Positions 1-6,742 of a stretch of 25,777 bases of DNA are shown here, one piece after another (position 1 is the first letter of the stretch; each line of letters starts with the position of its first letter). Origin of the DNA: a virus. The position numbers and the translations under genes were made by a program. Where the stretch lies: the UHGV virus genome UHGV-1341054, one strand, 5' to 3'. Under the pieces are notes generated by a model that searched no databases, was not told where the DNA came from, and saw nothing but the letters and a program-made list of their open reading frames with translations.

Positions 1-915
1 GGCAGCAGGACCGTTTGAGCAGGCGTTCTTGGAATGTAGATTTTCGTTTTTCTCCAGCAATACCTTACGCCGTGCAGCCCGATCGCATTCGTCACGACCA
101 AGCAAATAGCCATTAATCTCTCTAGGGAACTGACCAAGCACCTTAACCATGTACTCAATGGAATCGCGCCCACCATATTCCAGGAGTTTCTGCCTGATAA
201 ATTGTGGCGTAACAAACGGAGATTCTTCTGAGTTAAGAACAATTGCGGTCCAGATCCCTTTCGGATTACCCGGAGTCTTTGCAAGAGAATGGTGCGAGTC
301 GTAGAAATAACCACTTGGTCTGGTTGGCTGGGAAAGCATAAGCATCCGGTTATCTTCTTCTGTCAAAGCCCCGGTCATTACCCCGATCGCTTTATCAGAT
401 ATACCTGATGCTTCATCCAGAATTAGAAGCAAATGTGCCGCGTGCTCCCCCGCCAGCGCTTCTTCGTTACCGAGTCGATAACCTTTGCAGAGAACTTCCC
501 AGATCCCTTTGCGGGAACGCTCATAAAACATGGTGTCAGATAAGACAAAGTAAGTCTGTAGCCACCCATGACGCTTTACTGCGTTCGCCCAATACTGTTT
601 AACGTATTTGAATACGCCTGTTTTTACCTGGCCTATTTTGTTTGCGACGATGATGACACGGGCATCCGGGAAGAGAATCAGATAAATCAGCAACAACATT
701 GCCGTTAACGATGATTTCCCCGTACCGTGACCAGAAGTAACGGTGGTCCTACTCCCCTTTTGCTGTACAGACTGGATGATCTCCTGCTGCTGGTGGGATG
801 GAAACATGCCGAAAATATCAACAACAGCCTGGGTAAAGTTGTAGCGATATTTAATAACCATGTCGCGCCAGCGTGGATCACTGGTGACGCACTTAATCTT
901 ACGACTGCGCGCCAT
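1..915 (-). CDS. pacB: Terminase large subunit, N-terminal 305 codons (PacB-like); 3' end lies beyond the window start
   Basis: Minus-strand frame is open from ATG at 915..913 to position 1 (absent from the ORF track because it runs off the edge). Translation [29 protein letters not shown]... contains a Walker A P-loop ([11 protein letters not shown]) as expected for a terminase ATPase. Start overlaps the stop of the upstream gene (TAATG). Confidence 0.75.
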   Translation of the reverse strand, partial: MARSRKIKCVTSDPRWRDMVIKYRYNFTQAVVDIFGMFPSHQQQEIIQSVQQKGSRTTVTSGHGTGKSSLTAMLLLIYLILFPDARVIIVANKIGQVKTGVFKYVKQYWANAVKRHGWLQTYFVLSDTMFYERSRKGIWEVLCKGYRLGNEEALAGEHAAHLLLILDEASGISDKAIGVMTGALTEEDNRMLMLSQPTRPSGYFYDSHHSLAKTPGNPKGIWTAIVLNSEESPFVTPQFIRQKLLEYGGRDSIEYMVKVLGQFPREINGYLLGRDECDRAARRKVLLEKNENLHSKNACSNGPAA

Positions 916-2279
916 TAATCGGCCTCTGGCGATTCTATGGCGATTTCATCATATCCGCCGTCATACTCTGTATCTGACGCGTCGTAATCGCCGTAAATTT
1001 CAGCCGTTGCGGAGGGGTCTATATCCAATTCATCATCGTTGGACTCGAATTCACCTGCCTTACGCTCACCATTTTGGTCATAATCACCACACCCCAGGTC
1101 TTCAACTATTGTTGCCACATCGGCACGGCGATCTGCCAACCACTGCGGATGGTTAGCCTGGAGTGAGGCGAACTCCCGCGCTTCTTTGTCCAGTTGTTCA
1201 TCATCAACATCATTGCTGTCAGAAATTGGCGGTTCCAGAAGCGTGATGGCTTTCGCCGCACGCGCAGCCAGGATTGCAGGAACACTTACCCCTTGCCGCT
1301 CGATGTATTCCGCAACACCTATATCGTCCAGTTCCTCGCGCTCGCGCATACGTATAGCGGTTGCGATAACCCTGGCGGCGCGTGCATCAGCGCCAAGACG
1401 ATAGTCAATCTCTTTGCTACGTTGCTCTGCCTGTAGGCGTGCAATGTCCAGTTTTTCTCTGGCCTCAGCCTCTTTAAATGCCTGCTGCCGCGCCCCCTGA
1501 ATCAGTTTTTCCTGGCCTTGCTGGAGTTTTTGCTCTGTCTGATAAATGGCTGCGAGGCGGCTGATGAAGTCGTTCATGTAATAGGCGGCATCCTGCATGA
1601 GGCCGCAGAGACGCTGGGCCGGGTGCATCCCTTCCGGCTCGCCATCGCCTAAAATATCAATTTCTTTACGTAGCCGTGCCGCCTCCATGTCTACAATTGA
1701 CTGGTATTCTATGGCGCGTTCCTGAGCCATCAGTATGGCCTTACGCAGATGTTCAGCTGCACCGTTCTGCATCATTTCACGGGCGACATTTTTCGACGGC
1801 AAGGTGGCACATTGTGCTGATTCGCCAGGGATCATTTGCAATGATCCCTGACTTGAAGATGCCTTTTTATCCTTTTCTGGGATCATTTTTGCTTTTTTAT
1901 CGGCAAATGATCCCTTTGATAAATCCACTAACTCACTGTTATCAAAGGGCTTATCAGCATGATCCTCGTTACGCTTGCGCGGCATCTCCCTGAATTGACT
2001 TGTCGCTGGCCTATTGTCAGTTTTTGTAAATTCTGATTCTTTTCCGCTCGCTCGTTGTTGTCTTTTTGTCCCACCAGCACGGGGTTGCTGGCGTGTTCTG
2101 GCGCGGTTCTTTGATGGTTTAACTTTGGCCTGCACCTCATTTTTTTTCATATTGAGATGCTTTCTGGCAGTGTTGAAACTAAGGCCATTTTGTTCACAGT
2201 ATTCCTTTACCGTGATCCCTTTTTCCTCTTTCAACGCCAGAAACCGGGCACGATGCTCTTCCCAATTAACCAGTGTCAT
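915..2279 (-). CDS. pacA: Terminase small subunit (PacA-like), 454 aa
   Basis: ORF immediately upstream of and coupled to the large subunit. N-terminus [42 protein letters not shown] looks like a terminase small-subunit HTH. The gene contains a GATC-rich repeat cluster (1828-1914), as the P1 pac site lies inside pacA. Start overlaps the upstream gene stop (ATGA). Confidence 0.65.
   Translation of the reverse strand: MTLVNWEEHRARFLALKEEKGITVKEYCEQNGLSFNTARKHLNMKKNEVQAKVKPSKNRARTRQQPRAGGTKRQQRASGKESEFTKTDNRPATSQFREMPRKRNEDHADKPFDNSELVDLSKGSFADKKAKMIPEKDKKASSSQGSLQMIPGESAQCATLPSKNVAREMMQNGAAEHLRKAILMAQERAIEYQSIVDMEAARLRKEIDILGDGEPEGMHPAQRLCGLMQDAAYYMNDFISRLAAIYQTEQKLQQGQEKLIQGARQQAFKEAEAREKLDIARLQAEQRSKEIDYRLGADARAARVIATAIRMREREELDDIGVAEYIERQGVSVPAILAARAAKAITLLEPPISDSNDVDDEQLDKEAREFASLQANHPQWLADRRADVATIVEDLGCGDYDQNGERKAGEFESNDDELDIDPSATAEIYGDYDASDTEYDGGYDEIAIESPEAD
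1828..1914. other. Candidate pac (packaging initiation) site: four copies of a GATC-containing 9-mer as two inverted pairs
   Basis: GGGATCATT at 1828-1836 and 1879-1887; reverse complement AATGATCCC at 1840-1848 and 1906-1914. Each carries a Dam GATC site. Analogous to the clustered TGATCA/G hexamers of the P1 pac site, but not the same sequence. Confidence 0.45.
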
Positions 2280-2668
2280 ACAGCAACACCACGGCGTTTA
2301 ATGGCTTCATTCCACAATCGGTTAGCCATGTTCACCAGTTCACGGCGTTCCGTCTGATTCTTGCCAAAGATAAATCGGTTGGAATTCTTTACAAGCAGGC
2401 GGTCAAACTGCGGTGTACGTCCGCGTACCTTAAACTGATACCCGTCAAGGCCATGAAGCCAGTATTTGCGCGGGTATACGCGGTCATCGCGCTCACAAAT
2501 AGCCCTGCTCGAACGAACAAAGTGACGGATGATATTGTTAACATTGACACGTGACACGTGAAGATGAGGATATTTATCTTTGGCGAGGGTGGTTATCTCA
2601 GTGACTGTAAGATAACAGTCTTTCCTGATCATGATATCCGCTATTTCGGCACTGCTGATTTTATCCAT
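2276..2668 (-). CDS. Hypothetical protein, 130 aa; by position could be a late-gene regulator, unverified
   Basis: ATG at 2668..2666; stop overlaps the pacA start (ATGA). In P1 the gene upstream of pacA is lpa, but the match here is positional only. Confidence 0.55.
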   Translation of the reverse strand: MDKISSAEIADIMIRKDCYLTVTEITTLAKDKYPHLHVSRVNVNNIIRHFVRSSRAICERDDRVYPRKYWLHGLDGYQFKVRGRTPQFDRLLVKNSNRFIFGKNQTERRELVNMANRLWNEAIKRRGVAV

Positions 2669-2748
2669 TAAGTCCCCCGGGCAGAGAATGACCGAGGGGT
2701 ATATTAATCAGTATGTTAATTGTTTATAGACTGTCTAAAGGTGAGTAA

Positions 2749-2779
2749 TGTTAGAAATTACAGGTTTTATTTCTAACAC
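2749..2779. promoter_or_regulatory. Inverted pair of the recurring motif (TGTTAGAAATT ... ATTTCTAACAC), candidate operator or promoter element
   Basis: TGTTAGAAA at 2749-2757 and TTTCTAACA at 2771-2779 form a perfect 9-bp inverted repeat with a 13-bp spacer, in the 110-bp intergenic region upstream of the 2276..2668 gene. Confidence 0.35.
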
Positions 2780-3174
2780 TACCATCTGCTTAAACGAACA
2801 ATATGTCTTACTTTTGCGGACCACTTCCCTTTGGTTTTGTTGACTACCGCCTGCGCCAGCCTTAACTCGCTTTCATAATCAGCCTTGCGCCCATCGTTTT
2901 CCGACAGCAAATAGCCTTCAACTTGTGGTACGGTCAGATAGTCCTGATCAACATTAAGTGGTCCTGTGGGTGCTCTGAACGGCGTTAGTTGCTTTGCGTT
3001 CCAGTTAAATCGAATACGTACGTCACGAACGGCAAGGGTTGCATACCCATGCACGGTACTTTCGTAACCTAGTTTTGTTTCACCTGCATGACATGACGTG
3101 ATTTTGCAGTCAAGCAACGTCCAGTCCATTTCCTTAGCTTGTTCAACTGTTAGCTTCTGCTCTTCGTACATCAA
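2779..3174 (-). CDS. Hypothetical protein, about 130 aa
   Basis: ORF-track TTG start at 3174; a more likely ATG at 3171..3169 overlaps the stop of the upstream gene (translational coupling). Confidence 0.55.
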   Translation of the reverse strand: MMYEEQKLTVEQAKEMDWTLLDCKITSCHAGETKLGYESTVHGYATLAVRDVRIRFNWNAKQLTPFRAPTGPLNVDQDYLTVPQVEGYLLSENDGRKADYESELRLAQAVVNKTKGKWSAKVRHIVRLSRW

Positions 3175-3746
3175 AATGCCTCCCAGTCAGTTGCCATAAT
3201 GTCTACGCTGCTGGCAAACCAGTCAGAACGTGCTTGCAAAGCACCATCCATCATTACCAGACGTGGAAGAATGGAGACTTTGACGCCCTTTTGCACGTTG
3301 AATATTCCTTCCGGAAGAAAGCTAACCATCTTGTCCTTACTTTCAATGCAGCCGGGTTCGAGTGATATGTACTGTCCTTTAGGCCAGGATTTTCGGCGTG
3401 CGTCTAATCCGTTCATTAACCAGTGGATTGCGACAGAAAAAGGAATGTTTGCTTTGGCAATGGAAAGTCCACCAGCGACAGCCTGTTTATGAAACTTGAG
3501 GAGTTTTACAGCGGCCTCGGCAAGCGCAACATAAGGTTCGGGATGGACTTCGGTAAGGCTGCATCCACGAACTGTTACTGTCACAGCATGGGAATCGCCT
3601 TTTGACGCCGTTTCGATGTTGACCCCTTTGTTTGACAGTGCGTGATACAAAGCGTCACCCATGCATGACCAGCGTTCATTGCGTCCAATGAACTCACTCA
3701 AGATGCGGTCCTGCTCTGTATACGTTGCATTAGCCAAAACAGTCAT
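3171..3746 (-). CDS. Hypothetical protein, 191 aa
   Basis: ATG at 3746 preceded by a strong SD (AGGAGAGG, 4 nt spacer); contiguous with and coupled to the downstream gene. Confidence 0.65.
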   Translation of the reverse strand: MTVLANATYTEQDRILSEFIGRNERWSCMGDALYHALSNKGVNIETASKGDSHAVTVTVRGCSLTEVHPEPYVALAEAAVKLLKFHKQAVAGGLSIAKANIPFSVAIHWLMNGLDARRKSWPKGQYISLEPGCIESKDKMVSFLPEGIFNVQKGVKVSILPRLVMMDGALQARSDWFASSVDIMATDWEAF

Positions 3747-3984
3747 AACCTCTCCTTTCCTACAGACGTAACTATTCCCCGGATACCCGGTAGTGTGTGT
3801 CTTGTTTCGTATTAGTATGAGATACAGCCTTAGCGACTATATGATGGGTTGAGATAGGGTTGTGGCGGTGGTGCCTCCACCTGCCAGGACAGCCACCCCT
3901 GGCGACGACACTTACCAGAACGATTTTGTTTATACAAAAAAGTTGAAGAAAATGGCTTCGTCACGTGCGCATAGCCGCAATTAC

Positions 3985-4095
3985 CACAACGGTAAGGATG
4001 TTCATTGCATCGACCGTCAAGGGCTGCTTTTCGATGATGACTCTACTTCGCAAGCGATAATGACGCGCTAATCAAACACCCTTACCTGTTATGTG
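3985..4095. repeat. Conserved-arm hairpin E1 (CACAACGGTAAGG ... CCTTACCTGTTATGTG)
   Basis: Left arm 3985-3997, right arm 4079-4095. Arms are reverse complements apart from one extra T in the right arm; about 81-nt loop. Confidence 0.4.
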
Positions 4096-4275
4096 CCGTG
4101 CTCTTCCGGCTGTCACACCGAATCGCCAGGATGGTGAGTCCTCGGTCCGACGATATGAACGGGGCTTGCACATTCCGGCTACCTGATGTGCCCATACAGT
4201 GTTAGTAAAAGGTACCTAACAGCTACACCAGACCGCTATCGACGCATGTGCCATACGCCGTGTTACAACCAAATA

Positions 4276-4351
4276 TGGTGGCCCCTACCGGACTTGAACC
4301 GATGACCGTGCGATTATGAGTCGCCAGCTCTAACCACTGAGCTAAGGGGCC
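4276..4351 (-). tRNA. tRNA with anticodon CAU, most like tRNA-Ile2 (lysidine type); Met not excluded
   Basis: Minus-strand 76 nt GGCCCCTTAGCTCAGTGGTTAGAGCTGGCGACTCATAATCGCACGGTCATCGGTTCAAGTCCGGTAGGGGCCACCA. 7-bp acceptor stem, D and T arms, anticodon loop CTCATAA, encoded CCA. Closely resembles E. coli ileX as recalled from memory. Confidence 0.85.
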
Positions 4352-4357
4352 GGATTA

Positions 4358-4462
4358 CTATTTACTAAGTGCTTCAATGGCGCTAACAATGCCGCCTACA
4401 ACTATGGCAACAATAATAATGAGAACAATTGGATACTTGTCAGCAAAATCCCAGAATCCCAT
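4358..4462 (-). CDS. Small hydrophobic peptide, 34 aa (MGFWDFADKYPIVLIIIVAIVVGGIVSAIEALSK)
   Basis: ATG at 4462..4460 preceded by SD GAAGGA (6 nt spacer). One predicted TM helix. Stop TAG at 4358-4360 lies 6 nt before the tRNA-Ile 5' end. Start overlaps the stop of the upstream small ORF (TGATG). Not in the ORF track (under 60 aa). Confidence 0.4.
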   Translation of the reverse strand: MGFWDFADKYPIVLIIIVAIVVGGIVSAIEALSK

Positions 4463-4665
4463 CACTGATCCTTCGAAGCTATTTTAAATATCGGCCATAC
4501 CAATGTTACGGCTACTGCCACCAACGCCCCGTCCGATAAAACCGACAGGATTGTGCTGGTGAAATCCACCAGCACGGACAGCTTGAGCACCATGCTCCCT
4601 ACTCTCCAATTGTTGTGGTTACCGGTACTGATCTCCGGCTTAGCGACCCCGGCTACTGACTGCAT
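4462..4665 (-). CDS. Small membrane protein, 67 aa from ATG 4665, or 43 aa from internal ATG 4593
   Basis: Hydrophobic C-terminal half (ALVAVAVTLVWPIF). Internal ATG at 4593 has SD GGAGAG; the 4665 start has a weak RBS. Coupled to the downstream 34-aa ORF. Confidence 0.3.
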   Translation of the reverse strand: MQSVAGVAKPEISTGNHNNWRVGSMVLKLSVLVDFTSTILSVLSDGALVAVAVTLVWPIFKIASKDQ

Positions 4666-4733
4666 TGCAGTGTGTGAACTCGCCTCGTGTGTCGCTGGGG
4701 CATTTCTTTCCGCGCATCAGTCTGCGCATCAAC

Positions 4734-4809
4734 CACAACGGAAAGAGCATTGGCTAACCAGGCTCGCCGACTCTTCACGATTATCGGCTCAATGCTCTTA
4801 CCTGTTGTG
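4734..4809. repeat. Conserved-arm hairpin E2 (CACAACGGAAAGAGCATTG ... CAATGCTCTTACCTGTTGTG)
   Basis: Left arm 4734-4752, right arm 4790-4809, about 19 bp with mismatches and one extra T in the right arm. The 37-nt loop holds an inner hairpin GCCGA...TCGGC. Confidence 0.4.
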
Positions 4810-4987
4810 CGCTCCGTTTCGTGGAGCTAACGGCGGGTGATCGGGCCGCACCAGACTGGACTTATTTCAGCGTTATGCTCATGCCAGAGAATCAAACTGT
4901 GATGGTCGGTGCTGAACTCCGACACAGGGTTGTAGCAAGCCCCGCAAAGCGCGCACTACTGTAGTTGCGGCACATCAGCCTGTGCAT

Positions 4988-5088
4988 TCACCACAATGTT
5001 GAGAACACTGGTTGTCACGCTGCAACGCAACATTTATTCGTAAATTGGGATATGACCCCGTTACGACAGTGTTCTCAACGTTGTAGTG
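4988..5088. repeat. Long hairpin E3, 14-bp perfect core stem with CACAA/TTGTG-type base
   Basis: TGTTGAGAACACTG (4997-5010) pairs with CAGTGTTCTCAACG (5067-5080); the flanking CACCACAA and TTGTAGTG extend the stem imperfectly; 56-nt loop. Confidence 0.35.
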
Positions 5089-5224
5089 CCGGTTACGGTT
5101 CCGGCCAGGTCTCTTCCTCAACGGGGTGTTCTCCATACGGGCTACCGTTTATTGGTCGTTCCTGCGGTTTATGTTGTGAAGCCAGATGCTTATCTTCTGG
5201 TTGCTTCTAAGAGCTGCACTTCAT

Positions 5225-5311
5225 CACAACGGTAAGGGTACTTCGTAGGGATTCGAACCCTCTGCCAAGCACGGCGATCTCCGACGTCGCAAAATACCCT
5301 TACCTGTTGTG
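5225..5311 (-). ncRNA. tRNA-like fragment (T-arm mimic) enclosed by conserved-arm hairpin E4, directly 3' of tRNA-Thr
   Basis: Arms CACAACGGTAAGGGTA (5225-5240) and TACCCTTACCTGTTGTG (5295-5311). Interior contains GGGTTCGAATCCC (T-stem-loop with TTCGAAT) but no matching D or anticodon arms and no CCA. Right arm ends 1 nt from the tRNA-Thr 3' end. Confidence 0.35.
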
Positions 5312-5312
5312 T

Positions 5313-5388
5313 TGGGGCCGATTAACGGACTCGAACCGCTGACATCCTGCTTACAAGGCAGGCGCTCTACCAACTGAGCTAAATCGGC
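5313..5388 (-). tRNA. tRNA-Thr (anticodon UGU)
   Basis: Minus-strand 76 nt GCCGATTTAGCTCAGTTGGTAGAGCGCCTGCCTTGTAAGCAGGATGTCAGCGGTTCGAGTCCGTTAATCGGCCCCA. Canonical cloverleaf, anticodon loop CTTGTAA, encoded CCA. Confidence 0.9.
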
Positions 5389-5390
5389 AC

Positions 5391-5465
5391 TGGCGATGGT
5401 GAGTGGATTCGAACCACCGACCAGTTGGTTAACAGCCAACTGCTCTACCGCTGAGCTACACCATC
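5391..5465 (-). tRNA. tRNA-Asn (anticodon GUU)
   Basis: Minus-strand 75 nt GATGGTGTAGCTCAGCGGTAGAGCAGTTGGCTGTTAACCAACTGGTCGGTGGTTCGAATCCACTCACCATCGCCA. Canonical cloverleaf, anticodon loop CTGTTAA, encoded CCA. Lies 2 nt upstream of tRNA-Thr. Confidence 0.9.
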
Positions 5466-5662
5466 AATTACCGGGTACGTCTCCGGCAAGGGCTTCCACC
5501 TTCGTATGCTTTTCGGCGCACCGCGCCCTGGCTGCAATTCGGTAACAGGGAGTGCATGACCCTGGCTTCCGGCGTAGTTAGCGCCTTCCGCATGACGGGA
5601 TATACCCGCTTAGGTTTGGAACTGTCCAAATGCTGTTAAGCACCGGCTGCTGCGCGAGTTGC

Positions 5663-5745
5663 CACAACAGATAAGGACGCTGCCAAGAAAGACCTGACCC
5701 TTCTCATTCATCTGGTTAATCACACCAGCGCCCTTACCTGTTATG
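5663..5745. repeat. Conserved-arm hairpin E5 (CACAACAGATAAGGACGC ... GCGCCCTTACCTGTTATG)
   Basis: Left arm 5663-5680, right arm 5728-5745, 15 of 18 complementary; lies upstream (in minus sense) of the tRNA-Asn/Thr pair. Confidence 0.4.
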
Positions 5746-5926
5746 ACTCCCCGTTCTTTAATACACAGACGGGAAAACTCTGCGGTCGATTTCTTGACGG
5801 GGGGCGACTCATACCCCGTGGCGTCAGGCTTCTTAGGCCGCTACCATCATCAGATCATCGTTTGCATTTACTTTAATGGTCGGTTTCTAAACCGCCGCAA
5901 AGTCGCTAACCATGACGAAAACACTG

Positions 5927-5951
5927 AAAAAAAGCCCACCCGGAGATGGGC
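5927..5951 (-). terminator. Candidate rho-independent terminator (minus strand)
   Basis: In minus sense: GCCCA-TCTCCGGG-TGGGC followed by TTTTTTT (A-run 5927-5933 on the plus strand). Confidence 0.45.
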
Positions 5952-5970
5952 AAATACGCTACATCTCACA

Positions 5971-6049
5971 CAAGAAAGAAGCCGACTGCCTGAGCTGGAT
6001 CCACTTTCAAATGCCCGCAGAAAGGGATCACAAGTCGGCTTCTTTCTTG
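5971..6049 (-). ncRNA. Large hairpin (17-bp perfect stem plus inner inverted repeat), candidate structured sRNA ending at the 5927-5951 terminator
   Basis: CAAGAAAGAAGCCGACT (5971-5987) pairs perfectly with AGTCGGCTTCTTTCTTG (6033-6049). Inner arms GATCCACTTTC and GAAAGGGATC. The overlapping ORFs on both strands look spurious. Confidence 0.3.
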
Positions 6050-6265
6050 ATGCGGCACTCTCTCCGCCCGTCACCGCTCTGTCTCGGTTGTCGCGTTTGC
6101 CACGCCAGCCGTAACGAGGTTTAAAGTCTTTGCACGTTTCCATCACTCGACTGCCGTCTGTGGCTGTTCGTTGCGGCGGGGGTGCCTCCCCCTGGGGATA
6201 TCCCCGGCCTTACCCCATTCTTTCAAGACACAATGCAAGGCCACATCCGCATAGGTGCATTACCG

Positions 6266-6331
6266 CAACATTAAGGAGACTCAGGGCAAAAGATACTCGC
6301 CACAAAAAATCCCTATGCCTCCTTAATGTTG
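6266..6331. repeat. Hairpin with 13-bp perfect stem (CAACATTAAGGAG ... CTCCTTAATGTTG)
   Basis: Perfect reverse-complement arms at 6266-6278 and 6319-6331 with a 40-nt loop; no adjacent T-run. Confidence 0.35.
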
Positions 6332-6552
6332 AGGATGTGCATTGATGATGACCCGAAGCAGCCTGGCCCACTAAGCACGTTTCTCTGCCAGATCATCATC
6401 ACTGCACGCCCTGAATGCATTGCCATCCGTGGCGTTGAGGTCGCTTGTTGTTTACTCCGCAAAATGCACTTTTGGAGAACACTTTATGGAGCATCATCAG
6501 TTCCTGCTGACCTGTTCTTGCCATTTGCACGGGCGCCTGGCTTACGCATTAT

Positions 6553-6579
6553 ATTTCTAACATTTTCATTTGTTAGAAG
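6553..6579. promoter_or_regulatory. Inverted pair of the recurring motif (ATTTCTAACA ... TGTTAGAAG)
   Basis: TTCTAACA and TGTTAGAA form an 8-bp inverted repeat with an 8-bp spacer. In minus sense the sequence reads ATGTTAGAAATATAATG, which contains a TATAAT -10-like hexamer. Confidence 0.35.
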
Positions 6580-6714
6580 TGCTGGTGGGTTAAGATTTGG
6601 CGAAAAAGAGTGACGCTCTACCTGCTGCAAGCCGTGTTGAGATATCACCCCACCAGCACGAAAAATTTTAGGACAACCACACAAAACAATCAATGTGTTA
6701 TTTTGTTCAACTCA

Positions 6715-6726
6715 AATTTCTAACAC
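6715..6726. promoter_or_regulatory. Recurring motif copy AATTTCTAACAC
   Basis: Exact copy of the 12-mer also found at 9140-9151; lies just downstream of the 6743 gene stop at the head of the noncoding region. Confidence 0.3.
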
Positions 6727-6742
6727 ATTAATTTAATGCCAA

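Noticed and set aside
3862-4071. Plus-strand ORF of 69 aa
   Set aside because: It is the only plus-strand ORF in a minus-strand noncoding region, overlaps the left arm of hairpin E1, has a weak RBS and low-complexity sequence; kept as unlikely.
5224-5439. Minus-strand ORF of 71 aa
   Set aside because: It overlaps the tRNA-Thr and tRNA-Asn genes and the tRNA-like hairpin; the tRNA structures explain the sequence.
3985-5745. Possibility that the conserved-arm repeats are a CRISPR array or integron attC sites
   Set aside because: The repeats are inverted, not direct, with irregular spacing and no cas genes, so not CRISPR. They are attC-like in having bulged imperfect palindromes, but no integrase or core GTTRRRY sites are present in the window; the idea is kept only as a remote analogy.
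5743-6146. Three mutually overlapping ORFs on both strands (5743..6114, 5868..6146, 5912..6124)
   Set aside because: They are mutually exclusive and cover a region dominated by perfect hairpins and a terminator; a noncoding RNA is more likely.
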